From: a virus | Lineage: Duplodnaviria > Heunggongvirae > Uroviricota > Caudoviricetes | Length of the DNA: 48,802 bases | Virus record (IMG/VR): IMGVR_UViG_2718218136_000008 | Span: 1-48,802 of that record | Reading direction: 5' to 3' (one strand) | Part shown: positions 21,470-31,997 of the stretch, piece after piece | Layout of the letters: every line of letters begins with the position of its first letter | Position numbering within the stretch: the stretch's first letter is position 1 | Position numbers and translations under genes: made by a program | The notes under the pieces: model-generated | Told to the model about the DNA's origin: nothing | Databases searched by the model: none | What the model saw: only the letters and a program-made list of their open reading frames with translations

Positions 21470-21745
21470 TTACTCAATAAAGATCATTGGCTTACCGTTA
21501 AAGCGTTCATGCCGTGTGACCGTCCATTGTTGTCCGTCATAAACAACGCGATCCCCGCGCCGTGGGCGGTATCCCGAAGAAAACACCACCAGAGAGACCG
21601 CAGGTCCGGACAGAGCATTCAGCTCTGCCAGTGTTTCTCCCAGGATCACAGCCATATCGACATCATTAATCGAGGCTGTCTTTCCCATCTTTCTGACCGT
21701 GATCGCATCCATACGCGCTGCCAACCGGGAAAAGGGATCAGACAT
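21470..21745 (-). CDS. head-tail attachment protein (FII-like)
   Basis: 91-aa ORF MSDPFSRLAARMDAITVRKMG...RRGD..., pattern resembles lambda FII N-terminus. Confidence 0.6.
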   Translation of the reverse strand: MSDPFSRLAARMDAITVRKMGKTASINDVDMAVILGETLAELNALSGPAVSLVVFSSGYRPRRGDRVVYDGQQWTVTRHERFNGKPMIFIE

Positions 21746-22061
21746 TGAGTTTTACCGGCACTTCTTCTGCACTGGTTCCGGCATCTGCCCAGACAACCCC
21801 GACCAGCGGATCAGAGCCGCTGTTAGTCAGCTGAACTTTTCCGGACTTCAGATAAACCTTCTTACCCGTTTTCATGTCATCCGTTTTCAGCTTAGGCAGC
21901 ATAAACACACCTTCGGTCATGCCGTCGCCTGTTTCACCCTGTGGAATATCGGTCAGCGCCACCGCAAAAACATCGCCCACCTGCACCAGATCTCCGCTGC
22001 TGATGGCTGCACTGGCAACAATCGCCACCGTTTTTCCTTCTTCTACAAAATTCTTTGCCAT
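21738..22061 (-). CDS. putative head decoration/cement protein (DUF2190-like)
   Basis: 107 aa from ATG 22061 (MAKNFVEEGKTV...), GGAGA RBS, immediately downstream of the capsid gene. Confidence 0.5.
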   Translation of the reverse strand: MAKNFVEEGKTVAIVASAAISSGDLVQVGDVFAVALTDIPQGETGDGMTEGVFMLPKLKTDDMKTGKKVYLKSGKVQLTNSGSDPLVGVVWADAGTSAEEVPVKLNV

Positions 22062-22147
22062 AACTGTCTCCGCACAGCCCCGTTCAGGGGCTGATTTCAG
22101 GTACAAAAAAAGCCCTTACGGGCCATCAGAGTTGTTGTCTGCGACGT

Positions 22148-24106
22148 TTACGCCGTACATTTCACCAGACCGCGGTGATCAACTGGCGCGACACCGGCGT
22201 CAATACGCACTTTCGTTGTCACGCCATCCACACTGAAGCCCTCCATCTGATCAATATATGGCGTATCCACACCGTTGAGATAAGCCACTTCAATCGTATC
22301 GGAGCCTTTGGACGCAGCCAGGTAGAAAGTGGTCTGGCTGTTATCATCAAGACGAGGCTCTGCAATAACGGTCGCAAAATCTTTCACCGGGTTAATAATA
22401 CCGGCGTTAATGTCAGCCCCCTTGACACTTGAGGAGCGAATGACCTGGTTAGCAACAGACTCCATCGCCGTCGGTACCAGTACGAACGCAGGACGAATAT
22501 TCAGATGACGCTCCCCCTCTTTCTGAACGCGCATCAACTGGCGGGCTTTATCCAGCGATGCCACGTCCATTGCAGCGCTCTCCAGTACGTTTGCATGTTT
22601 CGCTTTATCGAACAGACTTACATTATCTGTGGAGATTTTCGGGTTAGACGTCAGAATGGCATAAACCAGATCGGCAATAGTGGATTTCGCCGCACGGCCC
22701 AGTTTCATCGGGACATCGGTCAGCATATTCAGATCATCATTGATAATGGCCTGACGGGTGATACTGAACAGCTCGCCATAGGTCGCCAGTGCAATAGTGG
22801 CCTGTTTATCTCCGGTGGTGACGTATTTATATTCCGCCCCTTCACGCACCTTACGCAGAGCACTGAAGCCCCCCATACCCACACGATGGGCAATTTTAAA
22901 ATCAGACAACTGACCTTTCCGCGTCCACTGTTCATAGGTTTCAGGGGCATCTTCCCAGCCCTGCAGAATGGCTTTGTTCGCAACATCCAGCAGAATATTA
23001 CCGAAGTCAGACGTACTGTGTGTGAACGCCGCACCGACCATCTGCATCGGGTTATAACTGGAAACACCAATACCCCGTTCAGTCAGTGACATACGGGCAT
23101 ATTCACGCAGAGTCATCCCGTTGTAGACATTATCACGTTCGGTTTTTTCAAATCCGGCACGCGCCATCAGCGCCTGGCGGATCCCGTCCCCCACAAAATT
23201 ACCGTTACCGGCATAAATATGAGCCGGGGTATTTTTATTGGATGGCGTGGACTCGCGCCCCATCTCGTTCAACAGCTTTTCGCGGGCCTGCTCCAGCGAA
23301 CATTCAGGATCGGCAAGGCACTGAGCCTGCAGCGTCTGATAACGCCCGCCAAACATGGCAAACAGATCATTAATACCGTTTACACGCGCTTTTTGCTCTG
23401 CCAGTACCTGCGCACGGATACTGTTTTCATCCAGCACGGGTGCTGCTGCCTGCACTGGCGTCCGGGAGGCTGCAGGTTCATTATCCTGTACGCGTGGAGC
23501 ACTGTTACGTGGCGGAGTAATCATGTTTCGAATGGATTCCGGCATCTTTTTAAATTCCTCTGTACGTTTTGACTGAATACATGCCATTGCCTTAACGGCT
23601 GGCGTCACCTGATCAGCAAATCCCTGTGCCAGACATTCGGCACCGGACATCCAGGTCTCATCCGCCAGCATGGCAGCAATTTCATCGGTGGTTTTCCCGG
23701 TTTTCTGTGCATAAGCGGGTAACAGAACCGCCTCAACTTTATCGAGCAGGTCGGCATAGGTGCGCATGTCCTCCGCATCACCGCCCGTAAAGCCAAATGG
23801 TTTATGAATCATCATGAAGGTGTTTTCCGGCATAATGACCGGGTTTCCCACCATCGCAATGACCGACGCCATTGACGCCGCCACACCGTCGACATAAACG
23901 GTAATGGACGCACCATGTGTTTTCAGTGCATTAAAAATGGCGATGCCTTCAAAGACATCGCCACCCGGTGAATTGATATGGAGATTAATGTGGGTGATAT
24001 CGCCCAGTGCATTCAGATCACTGATAAACTGCTTCGCCGTAACACCCCAGAAACCAATCTCGTCATAAATATAAATATCCGCATCACTCTGGTGACCAGC
24101 CTGCAT
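22148..24106 (-). CDS. prohead protease (ClpP/S49-like) fused to HK97-fold major capsid protein
   Basis: Protease-like N-terminal region (INSPGGDVFEG...) and capsid-like C-terminal region; start assigned to ATG 24106 just after portal stop; the 739-aa frame would overlap portal. Confidence 0.75.
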   Translation of the reverse strand: MQAGHQSDADIYIYDEIGFWGVTAKQFISDLNALGDITHINLHINSPGGDVFEGIAIFNALKTHGASITVYVDGVAASMASVIAMVGNPVIMPENTFMMIHKPFGFTGGDAEDMRTYADLLDKVEAVLLPAYAQKTGKTTDEIAAMLADETWMSGAECLAQGFADQVTPAVKAMACIQSKRTEEFKKMPESIRNMITPPRNSAPRVQDNEPAASRTPVQAAAPVLDENSIRAQVLAEQKARVNGINDLFAMFGGRYQTLQAQCLADPECSLEQAREKLLNEMGRESTPSNKNTPAHIYAGNGNFVGDGIRQALMARAGFEKTERDNVYNGMTLREYARMSLTERGIGVSSYNPMQMVGAAFTHSTSDFGNILLDVANKAILQGWEDAPETYEQWTRKGQLSDFKIAHRVGMGGFSALRKVREGAEYKYVTTGDKQATIALATYGELFSITRQAIINDDLNMLTDVPMKLGRAAKSTIADLVYAILTSNPKISTDNVSLFDKAKHANVLESAAMDVASLDKARQLMRVQKEGERHLNIRPAFVLVPTAMESVANQVIRSSSVKGADINAGIINPVKDFATVIAEPRLDDNSQTTFYLAASKGSDTIEVAYLNGVDTPYIDQMEGFSVDGVTTKVRIDAGVAPVDHRGLVKCTA

Positions 24107-24119
24107 CCTGAACCAGGAA

Positions 24120-25628
24120 TTATTCTTCGGACTGGTTGTTGGTGTGCTGCGGCTCCTGTCGTTTCGTTGCGGCACTGCTGCCTCCTTTATCACTGGCCGG
24201 ATCGGTATCAAATACCAGATCCAGCTTGCGGTTTTCATCAATTTCGGCCTTGCGCCGACGTTTGACATCATCCGGATTACGACCACCAGCACGTACCCAG
24301 TCTGATTCTGTCGCCGCTCCACCACGAATCTGGATTTTCCAGGCCTCAGCCTCCTTAACAGGGTCAATCCACGGCATCACCGGTCCGGAATACACCGCGG
24401 TATACAGTGAAGAACGGTCAAGATCGCGGGGTAGCCTGATAACACCGGATGCCACAGCCTGTTTCAGCCAGGCACGGTACATCGGGCGGGTGACGGCACC
24501 AATAAACCAGTCCTGCAGGATCAGGTAGCCATCAGTGGATTCAACCAGCTCCTGACGCTGGGCGCTGTAAGTGCCGTTATAGTTGCGCGCTGTACTGGAA
24601 AAACTCAGACGACTGCCAGCCGCCACGGCACGCAACTGACCATTACGAAAAGTTTCAAGGTTAGGATTGGGACGATCCGACTTCACCATTCCGATTTCTT
24701 CGCCGGGTTTCAGATCGTCGTAAATAATGCCTGGCTGAATGGTAAGCTCGCGTTCATTCTCCTTGCTGTCATTACCATCCGTTTCATAGCTCTGTCCGTC
24801 GCCTTTCCGGATGTACATCCCCAGAGCAGCGGCGATCCTTGCTGCAGTCAGCTCAGAATCTTCATACTCTTTCAGGGCGCTGAGGCGGATCAGCACACCG
24901 GACAATAAAGACGTCCCGCGCATCTGGTGCAGACGGCGAACAAATTTAAGATGCAGCATTCGCTCTGCATCCACTTCTTTGGTTTCCATCTGCCGTCCGG
25001 ATACAGGACGACTTTTATACACCAGATATTTTTCGGGACGCCCCCAGTCATCAACAAACACGCCCTGATTCAGCCTGTTGCTCTCATCACTGGTCATGGG
25101 AATAAAGTCCGGCTCGAGCGCCTCCAGCCAGAAATGAACACCGGCAGAAGGCGTCAGGCTGTTTATGCGCCCGGAAACCATCTGGGCAAACACCTCACCA
25201 TCGCGCAGCCAGGTACGCAGCATCAGACGTTCCAGCATCGGACGGGTAAACTGCCCGGTGACTTCCGGACTGACAGACCATTCACTCCATCGGGTACGTA
25301 TCTCCGCTGCCAGGTCACGGGCAATGGCACCATTGCGTAATACCGGATGTGGCTCGACAATAATCCCGTTTTTCCCCACCACCCGTTCTTCCAGCTTGTC
25401 AAATACACCAATGACCAGATCGTGGTTGTTATCAAGGTAACGGGCCTGCTCACGTAACGACACGGCCCCGTACTGGCTTAACTGGTCGGCAGTTCGGTTC
25501 TCCCGTCGGGCTTTGTGTGTCCGCGTCGTTTTTACGGCCTCATAAGCCTGGATCACCGCTCGGGAACGCAGCCTTGCCGCTTTCCATCCTGGTGAAAAAA
25601 CGCCAATCACATCATCAAGAATTGCCAT
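24120..25628 (-). CDS. portal protein
   Basis: 502 aa from ATG 25628 (MAILDDVIG...), lambda B-like; start overlaps W stop (TGATG). Confidence 0.85.
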   Translation of the reverse strand: MAILDDVIGVFSPGWKAARLRSRAVIQAYEAVKTTRTHKARRENRTADQLSQYGAVSLREQARYLDNNHDLVIGVFDKLEERVVGKNGIIVEPHPVLRNGAIARDLAAEIRTRWSEWSVSPEVTGQFTRPMLERLMLRTWLRDGEVFAQMVSGRINSLTPSAGVHFWLEALEPDFIPMTSDESNRLNQGVFVDDWGRPEKYLVYKSRPVSGRQMETKEVDAERMLHLKFVRRLHQMRGTSLLSGVLIRLSALKEYEDSELTAARIAAALGMYIRKGDGQSYETDGNDSKENERELTIQPGIIYDDLKPGEEIGMVKSDRPNPNLETFRNGQLRAVAAGSRLSFSSTARNYNGTYSAQRQELVESTDGYLILQDWFIGAVTRPMYRAWLKQAVASGVIRLPRDLDRSSLYTAVYSGPVMPWIDPVKEAEAWKIQIRGGAATESDWVRAGGRNPDDVKRRRKAEIDENRKLDLVFDTDPASDKGGSSAATKRQEPQHTNNQSEE

Positions 25629-25846
25629 CAGAACCTCGCCAGCCGGTACCCGGGATGCCCCCGTCGTCGTGTAATCAGAGCCGCAAGGCGGCGCTCCCAC
25701 TCCTGCCGCCCCTGCCGGATCTCAGATAAGTTTTCCATGGTCATCTGCTGACCATTAAAAGTGACGGATTTTCCGTCCAGCACTGCCATTTCAGCTTCCG
25801 TATAACGCTGAATCATGGCTTCAATATCATTCTGATTCATAACCAT
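25628..25846 (-). CDS. W: head-tail joining protein W-like
   Basis: 72-aa ORF between terminase large subunit and portal, lambda W-like size and C-terminus (…RRRGHPGYRLARF). Confidence 0.65.
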   Translation of the reverse strand: MVMNQNDIEAMIQRYTEAEMAVLDGKSVTFNGQQMTMENLSEIRQGRQEWERRLAALITRRRGHPGYRLARF

Positions 25847-27939
25847 CCTCCGGAAGTCAGCCAGGGGTTAACATCGTCAGTTACTGTTTTCTTCCGTTTT
25901 TGTTTTTTAACAGGCGTGGATACCGGTTCCGGTGTGGGTGACGGTTCGGTACTGTCCGGGACACACTCCAGCCAGGTTTCCCGGCTCGCCCACTCCGGTG
26001 CATCCGGCCAGCGGATCTTTTCGTATCCATGCAGAATGACCAGAGCCTCGGCATACACCATCAGGTCAAAAGCTTCGTTGGCACCGCGACCCGGCTTACT
26101 CCATTTCCCGTCACTGCTCCGCTCTTCATACGTCAGTTCGTCGTAAAACCAGCTCCCCAGCCAGTCAGGGAAATGCACATAGCCGGGACCTGGCGAGTCA
26201 CGCCATAACGCGTTATTCACCCGGTCTTTCAGGGCATCCGTCTGAAGAAGCCAGAGCGGTACATCACCTGCGGCCTGCGCCCGTCGGCCCGTTCGTCCGG
26301 TGTTATCAGGGAATGTACGGGTGATCAGTTTTGCGCGCCGGATGCTGTCGCCCTTAAACAGGTAAATACGTTTACCAAGGCCATCACGACGGCAACGACG
26401 CCAGAATTTATAGGCATTATCAGTGACCCCGTCTTCACCGCCGGAGTCCACCGCCATTGCCATCAGTCGCATTTGTTGAGAAGGATCGGAGGCCAGCGGC
26501 CAGCTTTTATGAAAAACATCCGTCAGCAGGACATCCCAGTCTTCCGGATAGCTGGCCGGATCAATTCGCTGGCTCTCCCCGTCGCTGTCACCGCGCAATG
26601 ACTGCGTGATGTTGTAACGATCAATAATCCAGCGTTCGCCACGGCTGCCATAGCCCGTTACCTGAACCACAAAACGGCGATGACGTCCCGCCTGCACATC
26701 CACTGTCGCCACAAGGAAATTAACGCCATCCGGAACACTGCGGGAAGGAACTGGCTCTGCCCGCTGCTCAAGCAATTCACTTTTTCGTTGCTCCATGCTG
26801 GCGCGGGGAAGATAAGGTAATCCCCAGTCGGTATTGATAACCGTCTTGAGTGTCTCTTCACTTCCGGTTGTCTCGTATTCCTGTTCTGCAGTAAGCAGTT
26901 TGTAAACGAGTTGCGAGAGTGTCTGATAAGCAGCTGCCGGCCCCTCCATCCAGAATGACGCAATACGTGAACGCCGGGGATCACCATAACGACTGCCATC
27001 CGCATTGATGGATTCACCATCCCGTAACCAGACCCCACGTCCGTTCAGCTCGCGTTTTTGTTCAGGCAAAATCCGTCCTGAACAGGAAGGACACTGAATA
27101 TAAGCCGCCTCACTTGCCAGCACAGGATCGGCAATATCACGGAAACCAGCAACCACATCGCCGCAGGGCTGAAAATACTCACCACAGTGTGGACAGGGCC
27201 AGTACCAGCGACGGCGATCGCCACGGTTATAGAGCGACAGGATCCCCGTGGTTGGTGGAGCCTCATGCGGTGAAGTCCGTCGCCATTTCACATCCTTCAC
27301 ATCCCTGCCGGGGGAACTCTCCACCAGCGTCATACCACTGGACATAAATGTGGTGGTACGTTTTGAGGCAAGAGAGAAGGCATCCCCCTCACCATCAATA
27401 TCTTCCGGAAAACGGTCATAATCCGTCAGCGCCACGCATTTATAATCTGATGAAGACATGATATTGACTGACGGCCAGCCGATTTTCAGGTAGTTGCCAG
27501 CAAGGAATGTTCTGTCATAAACGTTGTTGTCATTTTTGTTCGGACTCAGGCGACTGACCACTTCCGGGCTGACGCGAAACGTTCTGGCGAGTCGTTTTTT
27601 GGAGTGTTCGCGGGCTTTTTCCTCCGTCATCTGAATGATCAGCATATCAGCAGGATCGCAAATCACGTTGTAAATCACCCAGCCGTCAATCAGGCCGATA
27701 GTCTTGCCGGTTCGTGCCGGGCCAACAAATATCACTGCGTCGTATTCACGCGAGGCCAGGCAGTTCATAGGCTCAATAACATACGGTGCCACCAGCGGAT
27801 CCCACGGGACTGAGTTCCCTGCCCCCATGGGCACCCGCATATACTGAGCAACGGCATCAGCAACCCGCATTCGTCTCGGTGCGCGAAGGATATAACCTGA
27901 ATCGGTTCGTGCTGCCTTTGCGGTTTCCTGATTCAGCAT
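25837..27939 (-). CDS. terminase large subunit (lambda A-like)
   Basis: 700-aa ORF with Walker A-like GPARTGKT, zinc-finger-like CPHCG…CPSC, C-terminal nuclease region. Confidence 0.9.
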   Translation of the reverse strand: MLNQETAKAARTDSGYILRAPRRMRVADAVAQYMRVPMGAGNSVPWDPLVAPYVIEPMNCLASREYDAVIFVGPARTGKTIGLIDGWVIYNVICDPADMLIIQMTEEKAREHSKKRLARTFRVSPEVVSRLSPNKNDNNVYDRTFLAGNYLKIGWPSVNIMSSSDYKCVALTDYDRFPEDIDGEGDAFSLASKRTTTFMSSGMTLVESSPGRDVKDVKWRRTSPHEAPPTTGILSLYNRGDRRRWYWPCPHCGEYFQPCGDVVAGFRDIADPVLASEAAYIQCPSCSGRILPEQKRELNGRGVWLRDGESINADGSRYGDPRRSRIASFWMEGPAAAYQTLSQLVYKLLTAEQEYETTGSEETLKTVINTDWGLPYLPRASMEQRKSELLEQRAEPVPSRSVPDGVNFLVATVDVQAGRHRRFVVQVTGYGSRGERWIIDRYNITQSLRGDSDGESQRIDPASYPEDWDVLLTDVFHKSWPLASDPSQQMRLMAMAVDSGGEDGVTDNAYKFWRRCRRDGLGKRIYLFKGDSIRRAKLITRTFPDNTGRTGRRAQAAGDVPLWLLQTDALKDRVNNALWRDSPGPGYVHFPDWLGSWFYDELTYEERSSDGKWSKPGRGANEAFDLMVYAEALVILHGYEKIRWPDAPEWASRETWLECVPDSTEPSPTPEPVSTPVKKQKRKKTVTDDVNPWLTSGGWL

Positions 27940-28430
27940 TACTCCTCCTGCTGTAATTCCTCCTCATCATCCGCACCTGCTTCGGTCACCCGCAGGGCTA
28001 TCTGATCGCGCAGATCATCAATAATGGACTGAACACGGCTCACAGCGGCAGGCTGCAGGCCGCAGTCACGTTCCAGAATATCCGGTAATGTCTCCAGCAC
28101 CTGCACGACCGCTTTTGCCCAGATGGCAAACTCCCGTCTGACATCACTGGCCGGAATGAGTTGTGCCGTTTCCTGTTCGAACTTAAGACGCTCACGTTCA
28201 GACTGATACCAGGCTTTGCGTTCATGTGGATCCATTTCGCCCTCAGCAACCGGCGGTGGTAACCCCATAAATTCAGTCAGAATATCGGTCAACCGGTATA
28301 GCTTGAGTTTGTCATGTCCACCAGCGGGACGAATGTTTTTCAGTCTTGCCACGACAGTCTGGCGGTGCAGACCAGATAAAGCCGCCAGTTGATTAATATT
28401 CAGCACCAGGTTTTTCAACTCATGATCCAT
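27939..28430 (-). CDS. terminase small subunit (Nu1-like)
   Basis: 163-aa ORF with N-terminal HTH-like region (INQLAALSGLHRQTV), acidic C-terminus, directly upstream of the large subunit. Confidence 0.7.
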   Translation of the reverse strand: MDHELKNLVLNINQLAALSGLHRQTVVARLKNIRPAGGHDKLKLYRLTDILTEFMGLPPPVAEGEMDPHERKAWYQSERERLKFEQETAQLIPASDVRREFAIWAKAVVQVLETLPDILERDCGLQPAAVSRVQSIIDDLRDQIALRVTEAGADDEEELQQEE

Positions 28431-28594
28431 ATATCCTCCGGAGAGCTTTAAACATGCATCGTGCGAACAACTTTAAGAAAACGCGTTCGATGTCGAACAA
28501 AAAACACTCAATTCGACATACAAAAAACAAACAACCATTAATAATCAATAAGATGCAAAGATGATGGTGGCCGATAAAAATGCAAAAACTAGCC

Positions 28595-28625
28595 TTTTTC
28601 CGCGACGCTCCCGCCCCGTGGCAGG
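28595..28625 (-). other. candidate cos site (cosN-like)
   Basis: Minus-strand reading ACGGGGCGGGAGCGTCGCGG resembles lambda cosN ACGGGGCGGCGACCTCGCGG; palindromic GTTCGA-TG-TCGAAC element at ~28485..28498 between it and Nu1. Confidence 0.35.
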
Positions 28626-29012
28626 CCACTCCACCGGGAGGACCCGTCAGCCTGACAGACATGACGAACGTCTGATACAGCGCCTTGCATGAATGGCATC
28701 GGGATAATCCAGAAAGGAATAGCATCGTGCCCACAAGAATCTGTGTGAGTATCCTGTTTCTTCCACCCCCGCACAGGACTGGCGAGCATGAGGGACAAAC
28801 CCGCGAACCATAAACGCGGTAAAAACCCGGTGTGCATCGTTTTTGATTATTCCCGCACACTCTCGCAGAAGGAGTTCCCCGTCGGGCTACGGTCTCTGTT
28901 AATACGGGAATACGGCGACGATACAGCGCATGATGTGTCAGGCTTGAATACCTTTATCCGTTAAAAGGGATATCAGTTAAGTTATCCCGTGTAGGGTATA
29001 AGCCATTATCAA

Positions 29013-29038
29013 AGCCACTCTGTAGGGAGTGGCTTTTG
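29013..29038 (+). terminator. intrinsic terminator (plus strand)
   Basis: AGCCACTC/GAGTGGCT stem with 6-nt loop followed by TTTT. Confidence 0.4.
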
Positions 29039-29245
29039 TAATGGCAATAAAAAGCCCCGCGAATGCGAGGCTAAATCCAGGTATTTTTAATGACTGGCTC
29101 TTATTTCAACGCAGCCCCTTACCGCGCGCCAGATGCTCAACTTCAAGCATCAGCAATGAGATGTTTAATCTGGATTCACTCCAGAAGTGATCACCACCCT
29201 GTCTACAGAGCCAAATGTGAAGGATGATGAGTAAAATTATCGCTA

Positions 29246-29713
29246 TCATCGAAGGCATTGCGTCCTGATATATTCCTGAAGCGTTCTCAGTGCTGTCTGG
29301 TCTCTGATGATTCCGTCCCGGATACCGAGAACGTTTCGTCCAGCAACTGGAGAGAGTTCGACGGTGGCATCATTGCCCATGCCGGAGGCGCTGGAGGTTT
29401 CGGCTGAGGATGGCACAGAGCATTTTCCTTTGACGAGCACCCGACCACCATTATCAAGCTTGCGCCGAAGAGCATCATTTTCAGCTTTCGCATCAGCCAA
29501 CTCCTTCGTGTATTTAGCATCGAGTACATCAGCAGCACGCTGGCGTTGCTGCATGTCAGTAATGGTGGCGGTCGCCTGCTTCAGCTCACTGACTTTTTTA
29601 TCACGCTGTTCTTTGTAGGCGATGGCGTTATCACGGTAATGATTGACCGCCCACGACAGGCAGACGATGATGCAGATAACCAGAGCATAAATAATCGCGG
29701 CGACTCTGCTCAC
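29246..29713 (-). CDS. Rz: i-spanin Rz
   Basis: ~155 aa from GTG 29713 ([31 protein letters not shown]...), resembles lambda Rz; N-terminal TM, coiled-coil. Confidence 0.85.
   Translation of the reverse strand: MSRVAAIIYALVICIIVCLSWAVNHYRDNAIAYKEQRDKKVSELKQATATITDMQQRQRAADVLDAKYTKELADAKAENDALRRKLDNGGRVLVKGKCSVPSSAETSSASGMGNDATVELSPVAGRNVLGIRDGIIRDQTALRTLQEYIRTQCLR
29287..29493 (-). CDS. Rz1: o-spanin Rz1 (lipoprotein embedded in Rz in another frame)
   Basis: Embedded ORF from ATG 29493: [21 protein letters not shown]... with lipobox and Pro-rich segment. Confidence 0.6.
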   Translation of the reverse strand: MRKLKMMLFGASLIMVVGCSSKENALCHPQPKPPAPPAWAMMPPSNSLQLLDETFSVSGTESSETRQH

Positions 29714-30243
29714 TGATCTATCCCCCAACAGGCTAATGCGCTTTCCTGGTCACGACGAATAACCTGTCCATAGCAGTTATTTGAACGTATGCGGCAATCG
29801 CGCCCACCATCTTTTATCCACCAGCGAATCGCCTCGCATGCACCTTTACGATCACCAGCATTCAGCCGCTTATAAAACGTCGACGGAAAACACTTACCGG
29901 GGCCAATGTTATAGGGACAAAATGACGCGATACCCGCTTTTTGTGGCTCGGTCAGTGGTACTTTAATATTGCGCTCCACCCATGCCAGCGCCTTATCACG
30001 CTCAATGGCGTTGACCTGGTCGCATTTTTCCTTCGACAGTTTCATACCGGGAAAAACGGGTTTTCCATCCACCATCGTGGCACCCCGACAGATGGTCCAG
30101 ATGCCGGACCCATCGCGGTATGCCGTTGTGTGGTTACCTTCTTTTTCATCCAGAAACTGGTCGAGAATATCAGGCGCGGGCGCACCGACGGCAATCAGTG
30201 CCAGAACGGCAGCCGACAGGCCGTATCTGATTTTTGCGTTCAT
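29710..30243 (-). CDS. SAR endolysin (T4-lysozyme-like)
   Basis: 177-aa ORF with N-terminal signal-anchor-release helix and E...D...T catalytic-like spacing; pairs with pinholin. Confidence 0.85.
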   Translation of the reverse strand: MNAKIRYGLSAAVLALIAVGAPAPDILDQFLDEKEGNHTTAYRDGSGIWTICRGATMVDGKPVFPGMKLSKEKCDQVNAIERDKALAWVERNIKVPLTEPQKAGIASFCPYNIGPGKCFPSTFYKRLNAGDRKGACEAIRWWIKDGGRDCRIRSNNCYGQVIRRDQESALACWGIDQ

Positions 30244-30306
30244 GGATATTTATCAGGATTTATCGGTTTCTGCCCACGGACAGGTTTATCTGTTCCGGTC
30301 AGTGAC

Positions 30307-30657
30307 TTAAGGTTGTGATTCCGGAGGAGTCTTCAGAGAACCAGTAATTCTTCCTGGTAGCTTTCCTTTGTAGGTTATCCAAACATTCTGCGCATCTAAA
30401 ATTACGGGGCGCTTTTCCGGCGACTGCTCATCCCCTTCACATAACCCGGCAGCAACATCCAGGAAGACCTGTCTGATGCTCCTTCTGGCTGCTGCCTCAT
30501 AAAACTCCAGCGCGGCACCTTCAACACGGTCCAGCGAGATGTCCAGGTCAAAAATTTCACCGTCAAAGCGTTTTTTGTCCCGTAACGCTAAAGTTACCGT
30601 AACTTTATTCTCAAAATTGCGGATCCCTTTCACAATCAGTTCATAGTTTTGAGTCAT
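30307..30657 (-). CDS. hypothetical lysis-cassette protein (possibly DUF1327-like)
   Basis: 116-aa ORF between holin and endolysin; no recognisable motif. Confidence 0.5.
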   Translation of the reverse strand: MTQNYELIVKGIRNFENKVTVTLALRDKKRFDGEIFDLDISLDRVEGAALEFYEAAARRSIRQVFLDVAAGLCEGDEQSPEKRPVILDAQNVWITYKGKLPGRITGSLKTPPESQP

Positions 30658-30661
30658 TGAA

Positions 30662-30877
30662 TTACTCTCCCCGTGCAGCCTTACGCTTGTCTTCTTTAAT
30701 CTTGAAATAAAGGTTTGTCAGATACGTCAGCAAGCCAAATACCAGACTACCCAGCACACCTATTGCCGCCCACTGTGAGGGCGTGACTTTATCGAGCAAC
30801 TGTAAAAACCAGTACCCGGCACTACCTGCTGAGGTGCCATAGGCGACACCCGTTGTTAACTTATCCATGGATTTCAT
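30662..30877 (-). CDS. pinholin (phage 21 S21-like), dual-start motif MKSM
   Basis: 71 aa from ATG 30877 ([29 protein letters not shown]...[11 protein letters not shown]), near-identical to recalled S21. Confidence 0.8.
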
Positions 30878-30944
30878 AACCCCACCTCGCAGATGCGGGT
30901 GCTGTGTAATGGAAATAAAAAGGCCACCTGACGTGGCCACCAGA

Positions 30945-31997
30945 TTATTTCCCCACCAGCTCGTTTATCTCTTTCACTGTCTGATTAAACCGCTCTGACT
31001 CAAGCTCAACACCTAAGGCCCGACGCCCCAGCGCCATTGCTGCTTTTATTGTGGAACCGGATCCCATAAAAAAATCAGCAACCAGATCACCTGGTCGACT
31101 ACTGGCATTGATTATTTGCCTGAGCATATCCGCCGGTTTCTCACACGGATGTTTCCCCGGGTAGAACTGAACGGGTTTATGCATCCAGACATCGGTATAA
31201 GGCACGGAGACTGATACGGAGAAATAGCGCCGGAGAGATTTAAACTCATCCAGCAATTCAGAATATTTGCGATTCAGTGAATCATAAGATGCCACCAGCT
31301 GGTGGTGTGGTTGTTCCAGTTGTTGTTCCTGAAACTTCTCTGCCGCTATACGGGAAAACAGTGCCTGTAACTTCCGATAGTCAGCCTCATTCGGCAACTG
31401 CCACTGACTGGCACCAAACCAGTGGGAAACCATATTTTTCTTACCTGTGGCTTCGGCAATTTGTTTTGCCGTTATACCCAGTTCGGCACGAGCATCCCTG
31501 AAATACGATATCAGCGGTGCCATTATGTGCTGTTTGAGTTCCCTTTCTTTTGCCGCATAGCCGTCACTTTTGCCGCGATATGGCCCCTGGTAATGTTCAG
31601 CAAACAGAACGCGCTCTGTGGCAGGAAAATATGCGCGCAGACTTTCTTTATTACACCCATTCCAACGTCCGGACGGCTTCGCCCAGATGATATGGTTAAG
31701 CACGTTGAAACGTTCACGCATCATGATCTCAATATCAGATGCCAGGCGATGCCCACAGAACAGGTAAAGGCTTCCGGCAGGTTTTAACACCCGCCAGAAC
31801 TGGGCCAGACAGTGGTCCAGCCACTTAAGGTAATCTTCGTCCCCTTTCCACTGATTGTCCCAGCCGTTGGGTTTCACCTTGAAGTACGGCGGATCGGTAA
31901 CAATCAGGTCAATGGAATCATCAGGCAGGGACTGAATAAAATGCAGGCAATCAGCGTTGATTAAATCAACACTGTTTATTTTTACAGTATTTTTCAT
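30945..31997 (-). CDS. DNA N6-adenine/N4-cytosine methyltransferase (DPPY motif), orphan
   Basis: 350-aa ORF with IVTDPPYF catalytic motif and C-terminal AdoMet-binding FFMGSGST; no adjacent restriction gene. Confidence 0.85.

Noticed and set aside
28420-28860. 146-aa and 82-aa minus-strand ORFs in the cos region
   Set aside because: Cys/Gly-rich implausible composition in a region better explained as the non-coding cos/packaging site.
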